Below the pieces are notes generated by a model. It ran no database searches and was not told the DNA's origin. It saw nothing but the letters and a program-made list of their open reading frames with translations. A stretch of DNA of 64,000 nt from Candidatus Sysuiplasma superficiale (GTDB lineage: Archaea > Thermoplasmatota > Thermoplasmata > Sysuiplasmatales > Sysuiplasmataceae). Shown in pieces: positions 53,932 through 63,284 of this stretch. Each line of letters begins with the position of its first letter. Within the stretch, counting starts at the first letter, position 1. The stretch covers positions 11,719 to 75,718 of the forward strand of contig JAGVSJ010000005.1 in assembly GCA_019720975.1 (NCBI GenBank), written 5' to 3'. The position numbers were made by a program, and so were the translations under genes.

Positions 53932-54339
53932 ATGCCTCATTTCATCCACCGTTTTCCTGTGAACTGGGTTGACACTGACGGACTGGCAGTGGTGCATTTC
54001 TCCAACTATCTCAGGTACTTTGAAAAGACAGAAGAGGAGTTCTACAGGAGCGCGGGCGGTGAGAGTTCTCTGATGCGGGAAAGGGGGATTGCCTTTCCGC
54101 GGGTTGAGGTGAAGTGCACATACACCTACCCGTGCAGGTACGGAGACATCGTACAGACAGAAATCTGGCTCGATCGACTCACTGACAGATCCGTCCGCAT
54201 AAATTTCATTGTGAAGAACGTTTCGGAGGATCGGGTATCTGCTGAAGGGTATGCTGTTCTGGTGTGCGTGGAGACAGCAGGCTGGAAGGCTGCTGTCATA
54301 CCGGATGAAGTGAGAGAGATATTCGAGAAGCTGAGGTGA
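53932..54339 (+). CDS. Hotdog-fold acyl-CoA thioesterase (4HBT/YbgC-like)
   Basis: 135 aa. VNWVDTDGLAVVHFSNYLRYFE is the typical catalytic Asp context. Confidence 0.8.
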   Translation: MPHFIHRFPVNWVDTDGLAVVHFSNYLRYFEKTEEEFYRSAGGESSLMRERGIAFPRVEVKCTYTYPCRYGDIVQTEIWLDRLTDRSVRINFIVKNVSEDRVSAEGYAVLVCVETAGWKAAVIPDEVREIFEKLR

Positions 54340-54345
54340 ACTTCT

Positions 54346-55527
54346 CTATCCGAGGGAAGGCGTTCTCATCTGGACATATGCCATCAGCAATGCGGCAAGC
54401 ATGGATGTTGCGAATGCATACACATAGGAGTCGAATACGCTGAATGTGAAAAGAACACCCATCAGCAGGTTTGATGCGAACAGGCCGATGCTCCTCCATG
54501 CGCCCAGGCTTCCCATCCCTCGTGAAATTCTCGATGGATGGACGAGCAGGGAAGCAACAACCGGCTCAAATGTTTCGATGCTGCCTGTTCCCGTGCCGAG
54601 GACGGCAGCCGATATGTAGAAGGAAGCAAGACCCAGGTGGAACAAATAAGTCATGCCGATCATGAGTGAGCCAAGAGCCGACAGGGCGTAGCCGAACACC
54701 CAGAGTCCGCGGGCAGGCTTGAGGGACGAAGAGCCCATGAGGTATCCAGCCAGTCCAGATACTCCGAGAAATACAGTGTAGGTAAGGAGACCGAAGGCAT
54801 AGCTGTTCTGCGCTCTTGCGACGGTTATTATCGGAAAGCCAAGGCTGTAGTAACTGAAGCCGAAGAGACCTGCGGATATGAGAAAGAGTTTCATTGAACC
54901 TTCGTTTCCCGTAATGTCGTTACGCTCTTCTTTTGAAGCGGCTGTGCCCGGGTCACCCTTCCTCTCCCTCACGGGGAACAGGACAGCAGATGAAACAAGT
55001 ATAGGAAAGACTGTGAGCAGCATAATAACGGAAACTGTGAAACCTGAGTAGAGAAGGGCGAAGGCAATCAGTGTCGATACCATTCCTCCTCCCACATCAA
55101 GCATGTGAAGAAAACCGAATACTCTGGACCTGTGATCAGTGCCGGAAACGTCGAGGAGAAGGGCCCTCCTCGGCGGAGAACGGAAGTTCCTTGACCACCA
55201 TCCGCCCAGATAGAGAGCGGAACTCTCGGCTATGTTTCCGGCTGTTCCGCTGAAGGAGAGGAGAGGTATCAGCAAATTTCCGGCAATTGCAAGTTTCTTC
55301 CTGCTGAATCTGTCGCCGAGCCTTCCGCCCAGATAGGAGAACAGCGATCCCGCGCCGTAGGACAGAGCCATGAGCAGACCGAAGACATACGCAGGCTGCC
55401 TGTACAGGAAGGTGACAGTAACGGGGAAGAGGCCGATGACTGTCTGGTACCCGAGGTCTGCGAAGAATGCGGAGAGGGAGATGAGCATTACATCCCTTGT
55501 CAGCCATCCGTGCCATCTTCCGCCCAT
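54346..55527 (-). CDS. MFS transporter
   Basis: 393 aa, about 12 TM. Motif A-like GGRLGDRFSRKK. Confidence 0.75.
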   Translation of the reverse strand: MGGRWHGWLTRDVMLISLSAFFADLGYQTVIGLFPVTVTFLYRQPAYVFGLLMALSYGAGSLFSYLGGRLGDRFSRKKLAIAGNLLIPLLSFSGTAGNIAESSALYLGGWWSRNFRSPPRRALLLDVSGTDHRSRVFGFLHMLDVGGGMVSTLIAFALLYSGFTVSVIMLLTVFPILVSSAVLFPVRERKGDPGTAASKEERNDITGNEGSMKLFLISAGLFGFSYYSLGFPIITVARAQNSYAFGLLTYTVFLGVSGLAGYLMGSSSLKPARGLWVFGYALSALGSLMIGMTYLFHLGLASFYISAAVLGTGTGSIETFEPVVASLLVHPSRISRGMGSLGAWRSIGLFASNLLMGVLFTFSVFDSYVYAFATSMLAALLMAYVQMRTPSLG

Positions 55528-55603
55528 CGACTTTGCCTAATGGAACATGTTATTAAAATGATGCCATATTCGCGAATTTGCATGCGTTTGTTGTGATCCG
55601 TAG

Positions 55604-55795
55604 ATGTTCACCACAGATTTTCAAAGTGTCCGGTGTCCCCCGGAATTCGTTACAGCTCATATTGCCGGGAAGCTGCTGACCACACATGTGCGTGAAAAGA
55701 ATGAAATACCAATCGGACCGTATTATATGGATGCAAGCTATTCAAAAGTGCATGTCATGATGCTGGTGAGGAAAGGGAAGAGGGGAAAAAGATGA
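55604..55795 (+). CDS. Possible small upstream ORF coupled to the nucleotidyltransferase gene
   Basis: 63 aa. The stop overlaps the downstream ATG (ATGA 55792-55795). A TATA-like GTTATTAAAATGA lies at about 55545-55560. No family recognised, so it may be only a 5' leader. Confidence 0.25.
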   Translation: MFTTDFQSVRCPPEFVTAHIAGKLLTTHVREKNEIPIGPYYMDASYSKVHVMMLVRKGKRGKR

Positions 55796-56874
55796 AGGCA
55801 ATTGTTATGGCGGCAGGAAAGGGAACTCGTCTTCTTCCCATAACTGCGACGAGGCCCAAGCCGATGATTCCCCTTCTCAACGAACCTATCATGGACAACA
55901 TGATGAGCGTGCTGCGAAATGCAGGCATTGATGAAGCTGTGATTCTGGTCGACTACCTCTCGGACAGAATAGTGAATCACCTCGGCGACGGGAAGAGATT
56001 TGGAATGAAGATCGACTACACAACAGACAACATCCGAAGGGGGACGGCCGGTGCTGTCAGATATGCGGCAAGAGAGATGGATGAGCCCTTCGTTGTCGTT
56101 TCAGCTGACGTGCTGACAACCATCGACCTCAGGAAGTTGATAAAGGCGCATGAGGAAAGCGATGCGCGCATAACAATGGCACTTTCAACTGTCAGCGATC
56201 CCTCACAGTACGGGGTGGCAATACTTGATGGAAGCAACCGCATCACCAGATTCCAGGAAAAGCCGAGAAGGGAGGAGGCGTTCAGCAACCTTGTCAATGC
56301 AGGCATGTACATATGCGATCCGGAGATCGTGAAGATGATACCGGACAACACTCCGTTTGATTTCTCAAGGGATCTCTTCCCCCGGATGCTCTCGGAAGGT
56401 GAACTTATAGGCGGGTATGCCTTCGACGGCTACTGGAATGATGTGGGTCTTCCAAGCACCTACCTCGGGGCGACAAGGGATATGATTGAGGGAAGGGTTG
56501 AAGGGCACGTGTCAGAAATAACCGCAGACGAGGATGAAATAACATACGGCAGGATTGTGACTGGCAGCAACTGCTCCATTTCAGCGTCAGTACAGATAGA
56601 CGGTTTTGCAGTTCTGGGGGACAACGTGGTCGCAGGGAAGAATGTCAGGATATCGCATTCGATTATATACTCAAATACGCTGATAGGGGACAATTCGGTC
56701 ATATCCGATGCGATAGTTGGTGAAGGTGTGATCCTGGGCCGTGACGTGACACTCGACGAGGGAGTGGTCATAGGCGACAGAACAAAGATAGGCGAGGGGA
56801 GCCGGATAGGACATAACATAAAGATATGGGTCCATTCCAGACTCGGACCCGGAACAAAAATGCTCCATACGTGA
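55792..56874 (+). CDS. Sugar-1-phosphate nucleotidyltransferase with C-terminal left-handed beta-helix
   Basis: 360 aa. MKAIVMAAGKGTRLLPIT..PKPM signature. Hexapeptide repeats run through the last ~120 aa. Confidence 0.9.
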   Translation: MKAIVMAAGKGTRLLPITATRPKPMIPLLNEPIMDNMMSVLRNAGIDEAVILVDYLSDRIVNHLGDGKRFGMKIDYTTDNIRRGTAGAVRYAAREMDEPFVVVSADVLTTIDLRKLIKAHEESDARITMALSTVSDPSQYGVAILDGSNRITRFQEKPRREEAFSNLVNAGMYICDPEIVKMIPDNTPFDFSRDLFPRMLSEGELIGGYAFDGYWNDVGLPSTYLGATRDMIEGRVEGHVSEITADEDEITYGRIVTGSNCSISASVQIDGFAVLGDNVVAGKNVRISHSIIYSNTLIGDNSVISDAIVGEGVILGRDVTLDEGVVIGDRTKIGEGSRIGHNIKIWVHSRLGPGTKMLHT

Positions 56875-56878
56875 TAAA

Positions 56879-57634
56879 ATGAGACTCTATTCGTGGGACA
56901 GGTACGAACCGCTTAAGGTGACAAGGGCTGGAATTGCGATTGCAAAGTTCTTTGGAGAAGGTTGCACCCTGGCCACAGGCAGAGATGGCCATCCCATTTC
57001 CCGTTTCACGAGAAGGTGCATAGTAAGCGGGCTTGTGACAAAGGGGGCACAGGTCGTTGACTTCAGGGTTGTACCAAGCCAGGCACTCCGCTACGGCATC
57101 ACGAGGCAGAAGCTTGAAGGGGCCGTCTACGTCTCCTTCTACAGGGGGGAGGTTCAGATCCATGTCTACACAAGCGACGGCAAGAACCTTCATGCGGAGG
57201 GCATGCTCAGGATAAGAGAGCTTGCGGAGGATACAGAGAATGAGACGTGCTCTATCAACGACATTGGCTCTCTTCTGCAGTACACAAACGGAATTGAGGA
57301 TTATACTGAGTACCTTCTTTCAAAGGTCAAATCCAAGATAGCTGACAGGATGCTCATCGATACACAGGCCGATCCGATATCCCTTGTTGTGGAGCCTCTT
57401 ATGAACAGGATGGGTGTCGAGTGCAGGATTTTCAATCCAATGCTGATAGACAACGGCGACATCAGGGGGAAAGAGGAGTTCTTCAATGAACTCAGGAACG
57501 GGAAGTTCGACTGCGGCGCAATAATCGAGAGGGATGAGCTGCTTGGTGCCACATTCATTGATGGAAAAGGGGAGAACATTCGCTTCGCCTCGTTTGAGGA
57601 GATGCTGACGAAGCTCTCTGAAAGGAAAAGATGA
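56879..57634 (+). CDS. Truncated phosphoglucomutase/phosphomannomutase-like protein lacking catalytic motifs
   Basis: 251 aa. It is collinear with PGM/PMM domains I-II (TLATGRDGHPIS..SGLVTKGAQVVDFRVVPSQAL..GAVYVSFYRGE..). However, TASHNP is replaced by VSFYRG and DGDADR by ERDELL, and domains III-IV are absent. Confidence 0.6.
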   Translation: MRLYSWDRYEPLKVTRAGIAIAKFFGEGCTLATGRDGHPISRFTRRCIVSGLVTKGAQVVDFRVVPSQALRYGITRQKLEGAVYVSFYRGEVQIHVYTSDGKNLHAEGMLRIRELAEDTENETCSINDIGSLLQYTNGIEDYTEYLLSKVKSKIADRMLIDTQADPISLVVEPLMNRMGVECRIFNPMLIDNGDIRGKEEFFNELRNGKFDCGAIIERDELLGATFIDGKGENIRFASFEEMLTKLSERKR

Positions 57635-57640
57635 AGAAGG

Positions 57641-59242
57641 ATGGCCGGAAGATGCAGTTTGGCCATTGTGCTCAGCGCCCATTTTCCGTTTTCAGGGACG
57701 GATGACGAACTGGCCGGAATCAGGCTCAGCGAAGTTGTTTTCAACAGTTACCTCCCCCTTCTGATGACGCTCCAGACAGTCCGCTCGGACAGTGGAACAG
57801 TGCCGGTCGGAATTTCGGTGTCTCCGACACTGCTGGAGATGATCTCACGGGACGGCTTCACTGAAAAATTAAGGAGATATGCTGATGAAACAGCATATCA
57901 CATCGCCAGGGACATGCGTTTTTTTGCTGAAGGAGGCAGAAAGGAATACGTCAGGGCAGCTGAATACTGGCTCCAGCGCATAGAAAGACTGGTTGAATTC
58001 TCTGACAGGATAGACGGTGACATAATCGGGGCACTGAAGGATCTTGCCGGACATGGACTGGAACTGCTCGCGGCGCCTGCGACAAACAGCTGCCTTCAAC
58101 TCATCGGGAACACCAGGAGTGCCAGAATGCAGATCCTGACCGGCGTCAGCGCGTTTGAGGAACACCTTGGCTTCACCCCGGAAGGAATGCTTGTCCATTG
58201 TATAGACAGCCTACCTGCAAAAGACACGGATGACATAATTGATGAGGCAGGTCTGAAGTACATTTTGTCCGCAGACTCTGTCGCAGGATGTTGCGACATT
58301 GTTTCAGGCAGAGCCGGAGACCGCAGGCTGACAGGAAAAGCGGCTTCCGGACAGCCTGGGTGGCTGCCGTTGCCCGCGAAGGTCTCTTCACATGTGATGC
58401 GACTGGAGGAGGGAAGGCATCCGGATGTCGTAAGGAAGTCTGCCTGTTTGCCTGCAAACCTGATTGGAAGGATCGAGACATATCCACTGAACACATGTTA
58501 CCTTGATACGGCGAAGAGGAACTTTCCCGGCCATGGCCGTTACTGGAGAAGAGGTGGGAGCATTGACGGCACCAGGGCAGGTGCCTACGATCCTTCGGAA
58601 GCAGAAAGCATGGTCATCTCGCAGGCAACCGATTTCCTGGAAACGTTGAGGACAGGGTGCCGCAAAGGTGCAGAATTTGCTCCACTGGTAATCGGTGCAG
58701 GCTTGCTCGGCAATATATGGCACGAGGGACCGCAGTGGTTTGAAAGTGTCCTGGCAGGCGCAGCGGAGAACAGGATAGAACTCATAGGGCCGCGACGTTT
58801 TGCGATGGACGCACCGGCTGAATGCGCTGACAGGGATGATGCTTCAACTTCGGGGGAGGAGTGCATGGCTCTGCTGTCAAGCCGACAGGCGGAAAGGATG
58901 ATGAAGAAGGTTCGCTCATCCCAGGAGCTCTACTGGAATTTTCTGGTCAGGTACCTTGCAGGGGAGGCGAAAGACGACATCAGAGCGAGAGCGGCAGAAC
59001 AGGCAGGGAGGGAACTTCTGCTGCTTGAGAGCATTGACTGGCCTGTGATGGCTTCACTGGAAGGCGAAAGCGATTACGCAGGGAGGAGGGTGGACTCACA
59101 CCACAGGAGATTCATTGAAATGGCAAAGATATCAGCCGGAAAGGTGAAAGGCACTGCTTCACTCAGACTGGTTGAGGAATGCGAAACGTCCGTTCCTGTT
59201 TTCAATGTCAGGGACGGAATGGTGCATTTTCAGCAGCGTTAG
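57641..59242 (+). CDS. GH57 branching-enzyme-like protein with substituted catalytic residues
   Basis: 533 aa. It is collinear with GH57 glucan branching enzymes (LAIVLSAHFPF, SYLPLLMTL, RIDGDIIGALKDL, LELLAAPATNS, GNIWHEGPQWF). The nucleophile block reads GMLVHCID instead of GxWLxECxY, and the acid/base block reads GAGLLGNIW instead of DxELFGHWW. Confidence 0.75.
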   Translation: MAGRCSLAIVLSAHFPFSGTDDELAGIRLSEVVFNSYLPLLMTLQTVRSDSGTVPVGISVSPTLLEMISRDGFTEKLRRYADETAYHIARDMRFFAEGGRKEYVRAAEYWLQRIERLVEFSDRIDGDIIGALKDLAGHGLELLAAPATNSCLQLIGNTRSARMQILTGVSAFEEHLGFTPEGMLVHCIDSLPAKDTDDIIDEAGLKYILSADSVAGCCDIVSGRAGDRRLTGKAASGQPGWLPLPAKVSSHVMRLEEGRHPDVVRKSACLPANLIGRIETYPLNTCYLDTAKRNFPGHGRYWRRGGSIDGTRAGAYDPSEAESMVISQATDFLETLRTGCRKGAEFAPLVIGAGLLGNIWHEGPQWFESVLAGAAENRIELIGPRRFAMDAPAECADRDDASTSGEECMALLSSRQAERMMKKVRSSQELYWNFLVRYLAGEAKDDIRARAAEQAGRELLLLESIDWPVMASLEGESDYAGRRVDSHHRRFIEMAKISAGKVKGTASLRLVEECETSVPVFNVRDGMVHFQQR

Positions 59243-59304
59243 CTGCGCCAGTCGCAGCATCAATCGACTTTATCTACATGCAGGATTGTGAGCGGAAAGT
59301 CTTC

Positions 59305-60528
59305 ATGGACAGCCCACTCCGTTTCAGCCGCAATTCGGAAAGCATACTTGCAATAAGTCTTGCAGATATGGTGAGGACGCTTGGAAGGTCATCGGCCGTG
59401 ATCCTCCTCCCAATCTATTTTCTCACCGGGAGGCACGCCAGCTACATCGTAATAGGAGCCGTCATAGCTGTGAGCTACATCGCCACAGCACCGTTCAGCA
59501 TACTTGGCGGATCACTGGCCGACAGGATAGGCAGACGCCCTCTCTTCACACTTCTGCCGCTTGTCTCATTTGCGGTTTTCCTTTCAATGAGTATTGAAAT
59601 AATATTCAGGATGCGGCTCTGGCTGCTTCTGTTCACATTTGTCTTCACCTCGCCGATAGGTTCGCTCCAGGGCACCGTCGACTCTGCTGTTCTTTCCGAT
59701 CTCACGGCACCTCAGGACAGGATAAAGGCGTTTGGACTGCTGAGGCTGTTCTCCAACGTCGGATTCGCACTGGGCCCTGCCCTTGGCGGACTTGTCGCTT
59801 CCATCGGATACGGCACACTGCTCCTGGTACCAGCTGCCGCAAACCTTGTGGAAGAGACAGTCTACTTCAGTTTCGTGAGAGAGTCGATGCCCTCCGTGCC
59901 TTCTGAAATCAATGCGTCCTGGACAATGAAAAGGGGGCTCGTCTCGTTTCCGGCGCATGACGGACCTTTCATGATACTGGTGGGTGTGATGGTTGTCGCC
60001 TCACTGTGCCTGGGACAGTGGGGGACAACGCTCACCCTCTTCCTGTCCGGCAGCTACAGGCTCAGCGCTGCCCAGATAGGTCTAATGTACTCGCTCAACG
60101 GGCTGGTTGTTGTTCTGTTCCAGCTGCCAGTGAACAGAATGATGTCCAGATTCGGAGACATAGAGCGACTTGCGGCCGGTATCGGGCTGTATGCCGTCTC
60201 CTTCCTCATGTACGGTGTTCTGCGTGACTATGTTCTGATACTCCTGACAACCGCAGTGCTCACCATAGGTGAGAACATATACAGCCCCGCGGCAAGCACT
60301 GCGATTTCAAAGATAGCCCCTCAGGACAGGAGAGGGGAATATTTCGGCGCCTACAGCGCAGTGAATTCATTCACCTCGCCTCTGGTGGTGATATTCGGCT
60401 CGATGATGCTCACATTTTTCATCAGATCGCCTTACCTCATGTGGTCGGTTGTTTCGCTCATAGGAGCTGTATCCTGTGCGCTCATGCTCTATTCAAGACA
60501 GCAAATACCGCGATCAAGGCTGGATTGA
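59305..60528 (+). CDS. MFS transporter
   Basis: Start at ATG 59305 (alternative 59278). Motif A GGSLADRIGRRPLF, about 12 TM. The track ORF start at 59179 would overlap the GH57-like gene. Confidence 0.8.
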   Translation: MDSPLRFSRNSESILAISLADMVRTLGRSSAVILLPIYFLTGRHASYIVIGAVIAVSYIATAPFSILGGSLADRIGRRPLFTLLPLVSFAVFLSMSIEIIFRMRLWLLLFTFVFTSPIGSLQGTVDSAVLSDLTAPQDRIKAFGLLRLFSNVGFALGPALGGLVASIGYGTLLLVPAAANLVEETVYFSFVRESMPSVPSEINASWTMKRGLVSFPAHDGPFMILVGVMVVASLCLGQWGTTLTLFLSGSYRLSAAQIGLMYSLNGLVVVLFQLPVNRMMSRFGDIERLAAGIGLYAVSFLMYGVLRDYVLILLTTAVLTIGENIYSPAASTAISKIAPQDRRGEYFGAYSAVNSFTSPLVVIFGSMMLTFFIRSPYLMWSVVSLIGAVSCALMLYSRQQIPRSRLD

Positions 60529-60610
60529 TACATCCGCCGTTCCCCTGTGAGAGGGTGAGCACACAACGCGATTCCGGGAGACCCGGCATGCGGCCCGCTA
60601 CTATCCACCC

Positions 60611-61021
60611 TCACCGGTTTCTCATCCTGCCGCGTCGGGAAATATAATACCTGAAAATTGCAGACCCGGCAAAAGCCCCCGTGGCTGACAGGAGAAATGA
60701 GAGAATAACGATAAACAGAGCGGTTGACGTGTAGGCGAGGCCGCGGATCTGGAAAGCATATAGTACGGACTGAATGCCCGGTATGCCTGCGCTACCGTAT
60801 ATCGAGAGCAGCACAGTTATTGCAATAGCCGATGCAAGACCGTTCATGGCACCATCCACGACTCCACGCCTTGACATCGAGCCGAATATGAAACCGGTGA
60901 TGGAAAGCCACAGTGGATTCCCTGCGAACAGAACCAGGACACCTGAAGCCAGGCTGCCCAGGAATACTGACCACATATCCAGCTTGAGCTGTTCACCCAT
61001 CAGCTGTATCTTGAACTGCAT
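60611..61021 (-). CDS. Hypothetical membrane protein (about 4 TM)
   Basis: 136 aa from ATG 61021 (MQFKIQLMGEQLKLDMWSVFLG..). The C-terminal tail is basic. The upstream 50 aa of the track ORF are hydrophilic and doubtful. Confidence 0.45.
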   Translation of the reverse strand: MQFKIQLMGEQLKLDMWSVFLGSLASGVLVLFAGNPLWLSITGFIFGSMSRRGVVDGAMNGLASAIAITVLLSIYGSAGIPGIQSVLYAFQIRGLAYTSTALFIVILSFLLSATGAFAGSAIFRYYISRRGRMRNR

Positions 61022-61373
61022 TGCCTTGAATGGATGCAAAATGGGTGATAAATCTTTTCTCGACGTAAGCGCTTCATCATGAGGCAAACAGTTTTTATTG
61101 ATGGCTTCTCTCATGACAGCGGGAGTGATTGATCTGTCAGATGAGAAACGGACTGGTATGCCGGAGAGCACGAAATGCGCTGTGAATCACGGCAGGATCG
61201 TCAGAAGCGACAAGGACACAATTACTTTTGAGGATGGAGTCGTCGTCAGGAAGGGAACAATGGAGGTTCTGTTCGACCCCCGTTCAAAATGAGGCGTGGT
61301 CCAACACGTTTGACCGCCTCAGCCGGTGTGAAGCTCACAAGGATTAAATCCGCACAGCGGATAGGCCGGGACA

Positions 61374-61901
61374 ATGTCAGTTTTTTCGTTTGAAGGCAGA
61401 ACGCCAAGGATCGACAAAACAGCTTATGTGTTCGAGAATGCTACCATAATAGGCAGTGTGGATATTGGAGAGAATGTCTGGATTGGACCCGGGGCAGTCC
61501 TGCGTGGGGATTATGGTGACATCAGGATAGGAGGATACACTGCGGTGGAGGACAACTGCGTCATTCACGCAAGACCGGGGGAATTCACTGAGGTGGGTGA
61601 ACATGTCACGCTCGGCCACGCCTGCATAGTCCATACAGGGAGGGTATCAGACTGGGCAACTGTTGGAATGGGCGCAGTGGTGTCCGATTTTGCAAGGGTC
61701 GGAAGATGGGCCGCTGTCGGTGAAGGCGCCGTCGTCAGGGCGAGGTTCGAGATACCCGATGAATCAATAGCTGTGGGTGTACCTGCGAAGATCATCGGCA
61801 AAATAACAGAGGAATACAGGCAGGTATGGACGAAGTACAAGGAAAATTACAACTCTTTCTGCCGCAGATACAGGGAAAACCTGGATACGCCTAAATCATG
61901 A
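61374..61901 (+). CDS. Gamma-carbonic-anhydrase-like / PaaY-like left-handed beta-helix protein
   Basis: 175 aa. PRIDKTAYVFENATIIGSVDIGENVWIGPGAVLRGDYG.I.IG, plus the His ligand context VIHA..LGHACIVH. Confidence 0.85.
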   Translation: MSVFSFEGRTPRIDKTAYVFENATIIGSVDIGENVWIGPGAVLRGDYGDIRIGGYTAVEDNCVIHARPGEFTEVGEHVTLGHACIVHTGRVSDWATVGMGAVVSDFARVGRWAAVGEGAVVRARFEIPDESIAVGVPAKIIGKITEEYRQVWTKYKENYNSFCRRYRENLDTPKS

Positions 61902-61923
61902 AAGGAAGGCACGGTGTCTTCAA

Positions 61924-62709
61924 ATGAGCAGAAGAACAGGCGGACGCAAAAGCGCGGGAACGTTTGCATCGCTCGAAGGGAAGGTCATCCTTGTCACAGG
62001 AGGCAGCAGAGGCATAGGGAGGGCAATTGTGCGTGCAGTATCTGATGCTGGAGCGCTTCCAATAATACACTACAACAGGGACGAGCGCAGCGCAAGATCC
62101 CTCGCCAGGGAGATCGGCATGAAGACAGACGGATCTCTGGTGAAGGCAGACATATCATCGCCTGACGGAATTGAAAGGCTTGTCGAATATGTTCGCAACG
62201 CAGCCGGGAAACTGGATGCGCTTGTGAACAATGCAGGCATCTATTCAGGCAATGGAATCGATGAGGAGAATTTCAGCGAGTGGGACAGGGTTGTGGATAC
62301 GAACCTGAGATCTCATTTTTTCATCACAAAAATGCTCTATCCACTGCTCAAGGAGAGAAGGGGAAGCGTCGTCAACATATCATCAATAATGGGCATAGCA
62401 CCTTCTGCAGGAGCTTACCCGTATCAGGCAAGCAAGGCGGCCCTAATACACCTTACAAGGGCACTTGCTCTTGAGCTTGCTCCCGATGTGCGTGTGAACT
62501 GTGTCGCACCGGGATTCATAATGACGGACATCAACAGGGAAGGATGGGAGAACGCTTCATTCAGGCGGGAGGTGGAGCAGGATACTCCTCTGGGGAGGTG
62601 GGGAGTGCCTGAGGACATTGCGGGTGCGGTGCGTTTCCTGCTGTCTGACAGCGCTTCCTTCATCACTGGGCAGACGCTGCTGATCGACGGAGGCAAGGGT
62701 CTTCACTGA
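61924..62709 (+). CDS. Short-chain dehydrogenase/reductase (FabG-like)
   Basis: 261 aa. Blocks VTGGSRGIGRAI, NNAG and YQASKAAL. Confidence 0.9.
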   Translation: MSRRTGGRKSAGTFASLEGKVILVTGGSRGIGRAIVRAVSDAGALPIIHYNRDERSARSLAREIGMKTDGSLVKADISSPDGIERLVEYVRNAAGKLDALVNNAGIYSGNGIDEENFSEWDRVVDTNLRSHFFITKMLYPLLKERRGSVVNISSIMGIAPSAGAYPYQASKAALIHLTRALALELAPDVRVNCVAPGFIMTDINREGWENASFRREVEQDTPLGRWGVPEDIAGAVRFLLSDSASFITGQTLLIDGGKGLH

Positions 62710-63284
62710 GGCGGAGCCTGTCGGGCCATCCCAGGGCGCTTCTTCCTAAGCACATTGAGGAGCCAGTAGAGGAAGAGAACGACTATGGCTGCGACGACGA
62801 TATATGTCAGGAAGTCGAAGAATGGTATCAGCCTTTCCCAGTTTCTTCCGAGTGTGATGCCAAGGTAGACGAGGACGACATCCCATATCAGTGTGCCAAG
62901 GGTTGTGTAGAGAAGAAATGTTCTGATATTCATCTGGGCGATTCCGGCAGGTATGGATATGAATGTCCTGAATATCGGGAGAAGCCTTGTTCCAAACACG
63001 GAGAGCTGCCCGTATCTGTCGAAGAATCGCTGCGCCGTTGCTATCGACCTGTTGTCTATGAGGAAATACCTTCCGTACCTTTCTATAAATCTTATTCCAC
63101 CGATCCTTCCAATCCAGTAGGCAATGAATGCACCGGTCACGTTACCCGTTGTTCCTGCGGTGAGCAGGAGCAGTACGGCAGGAATGCCGAAAGTCCCCTG
63201 AAGGTCGCCTGTGACGACCAGGTAGCCTCCGAATGCCATCACCACCTCGGAAGGGACAGGAAGCAGCATCCCTTCCAGAAGCAT
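62703..63284 (-). CDS. DedA/SNARE-associated family membrane protein (annotated from first ATG; the true start probably lies upstream)
   Basis: LLEGMLLPVPSEVVMAFGGYL plus the RLLPIFRTFISIPAG block. The conserved GYPGIFF segment lies in frame upstream of the ATG, with no ATG/GTG/TTG before the TAA at 63363-63365. Confidence 0.8.
   Translation of the reverse strand: MLLEGMLLPVPSEVVMAFGGYLVVTGDLQGTFGIPAVLLLLTAGTTGNVTGAFIAYWIGRIGGIRFIERYGRYFLIDNRSIATAQRFFDRYGQLSVFGTRLLPIFRTFISIPAGIAQMNIRTFLLYTTLGTLIWDVVLVYLGITLGRNWERLIPFFDFLTYIVVAAIVVLFLYWLLNVLRKKRPGMARQAPPQ

Noticed and set aside
61098-61292. A 64-aa + strand ORF (or 44 aa from ATG 61158: MPESTKCAVNHGRIVRSDKDTITFEDGVVVRKGTMEVLFDPRSK) in the gap before the gamma-CA-like gene.
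   Set aside because: It is plausible, since a TATA-like GTTTTTATTGA lies upstream. However, it has no recognisable motif, is very short, and competes with the 5' extension of the minus-strand membrane ORF. That is too weak to annotate as a feature.
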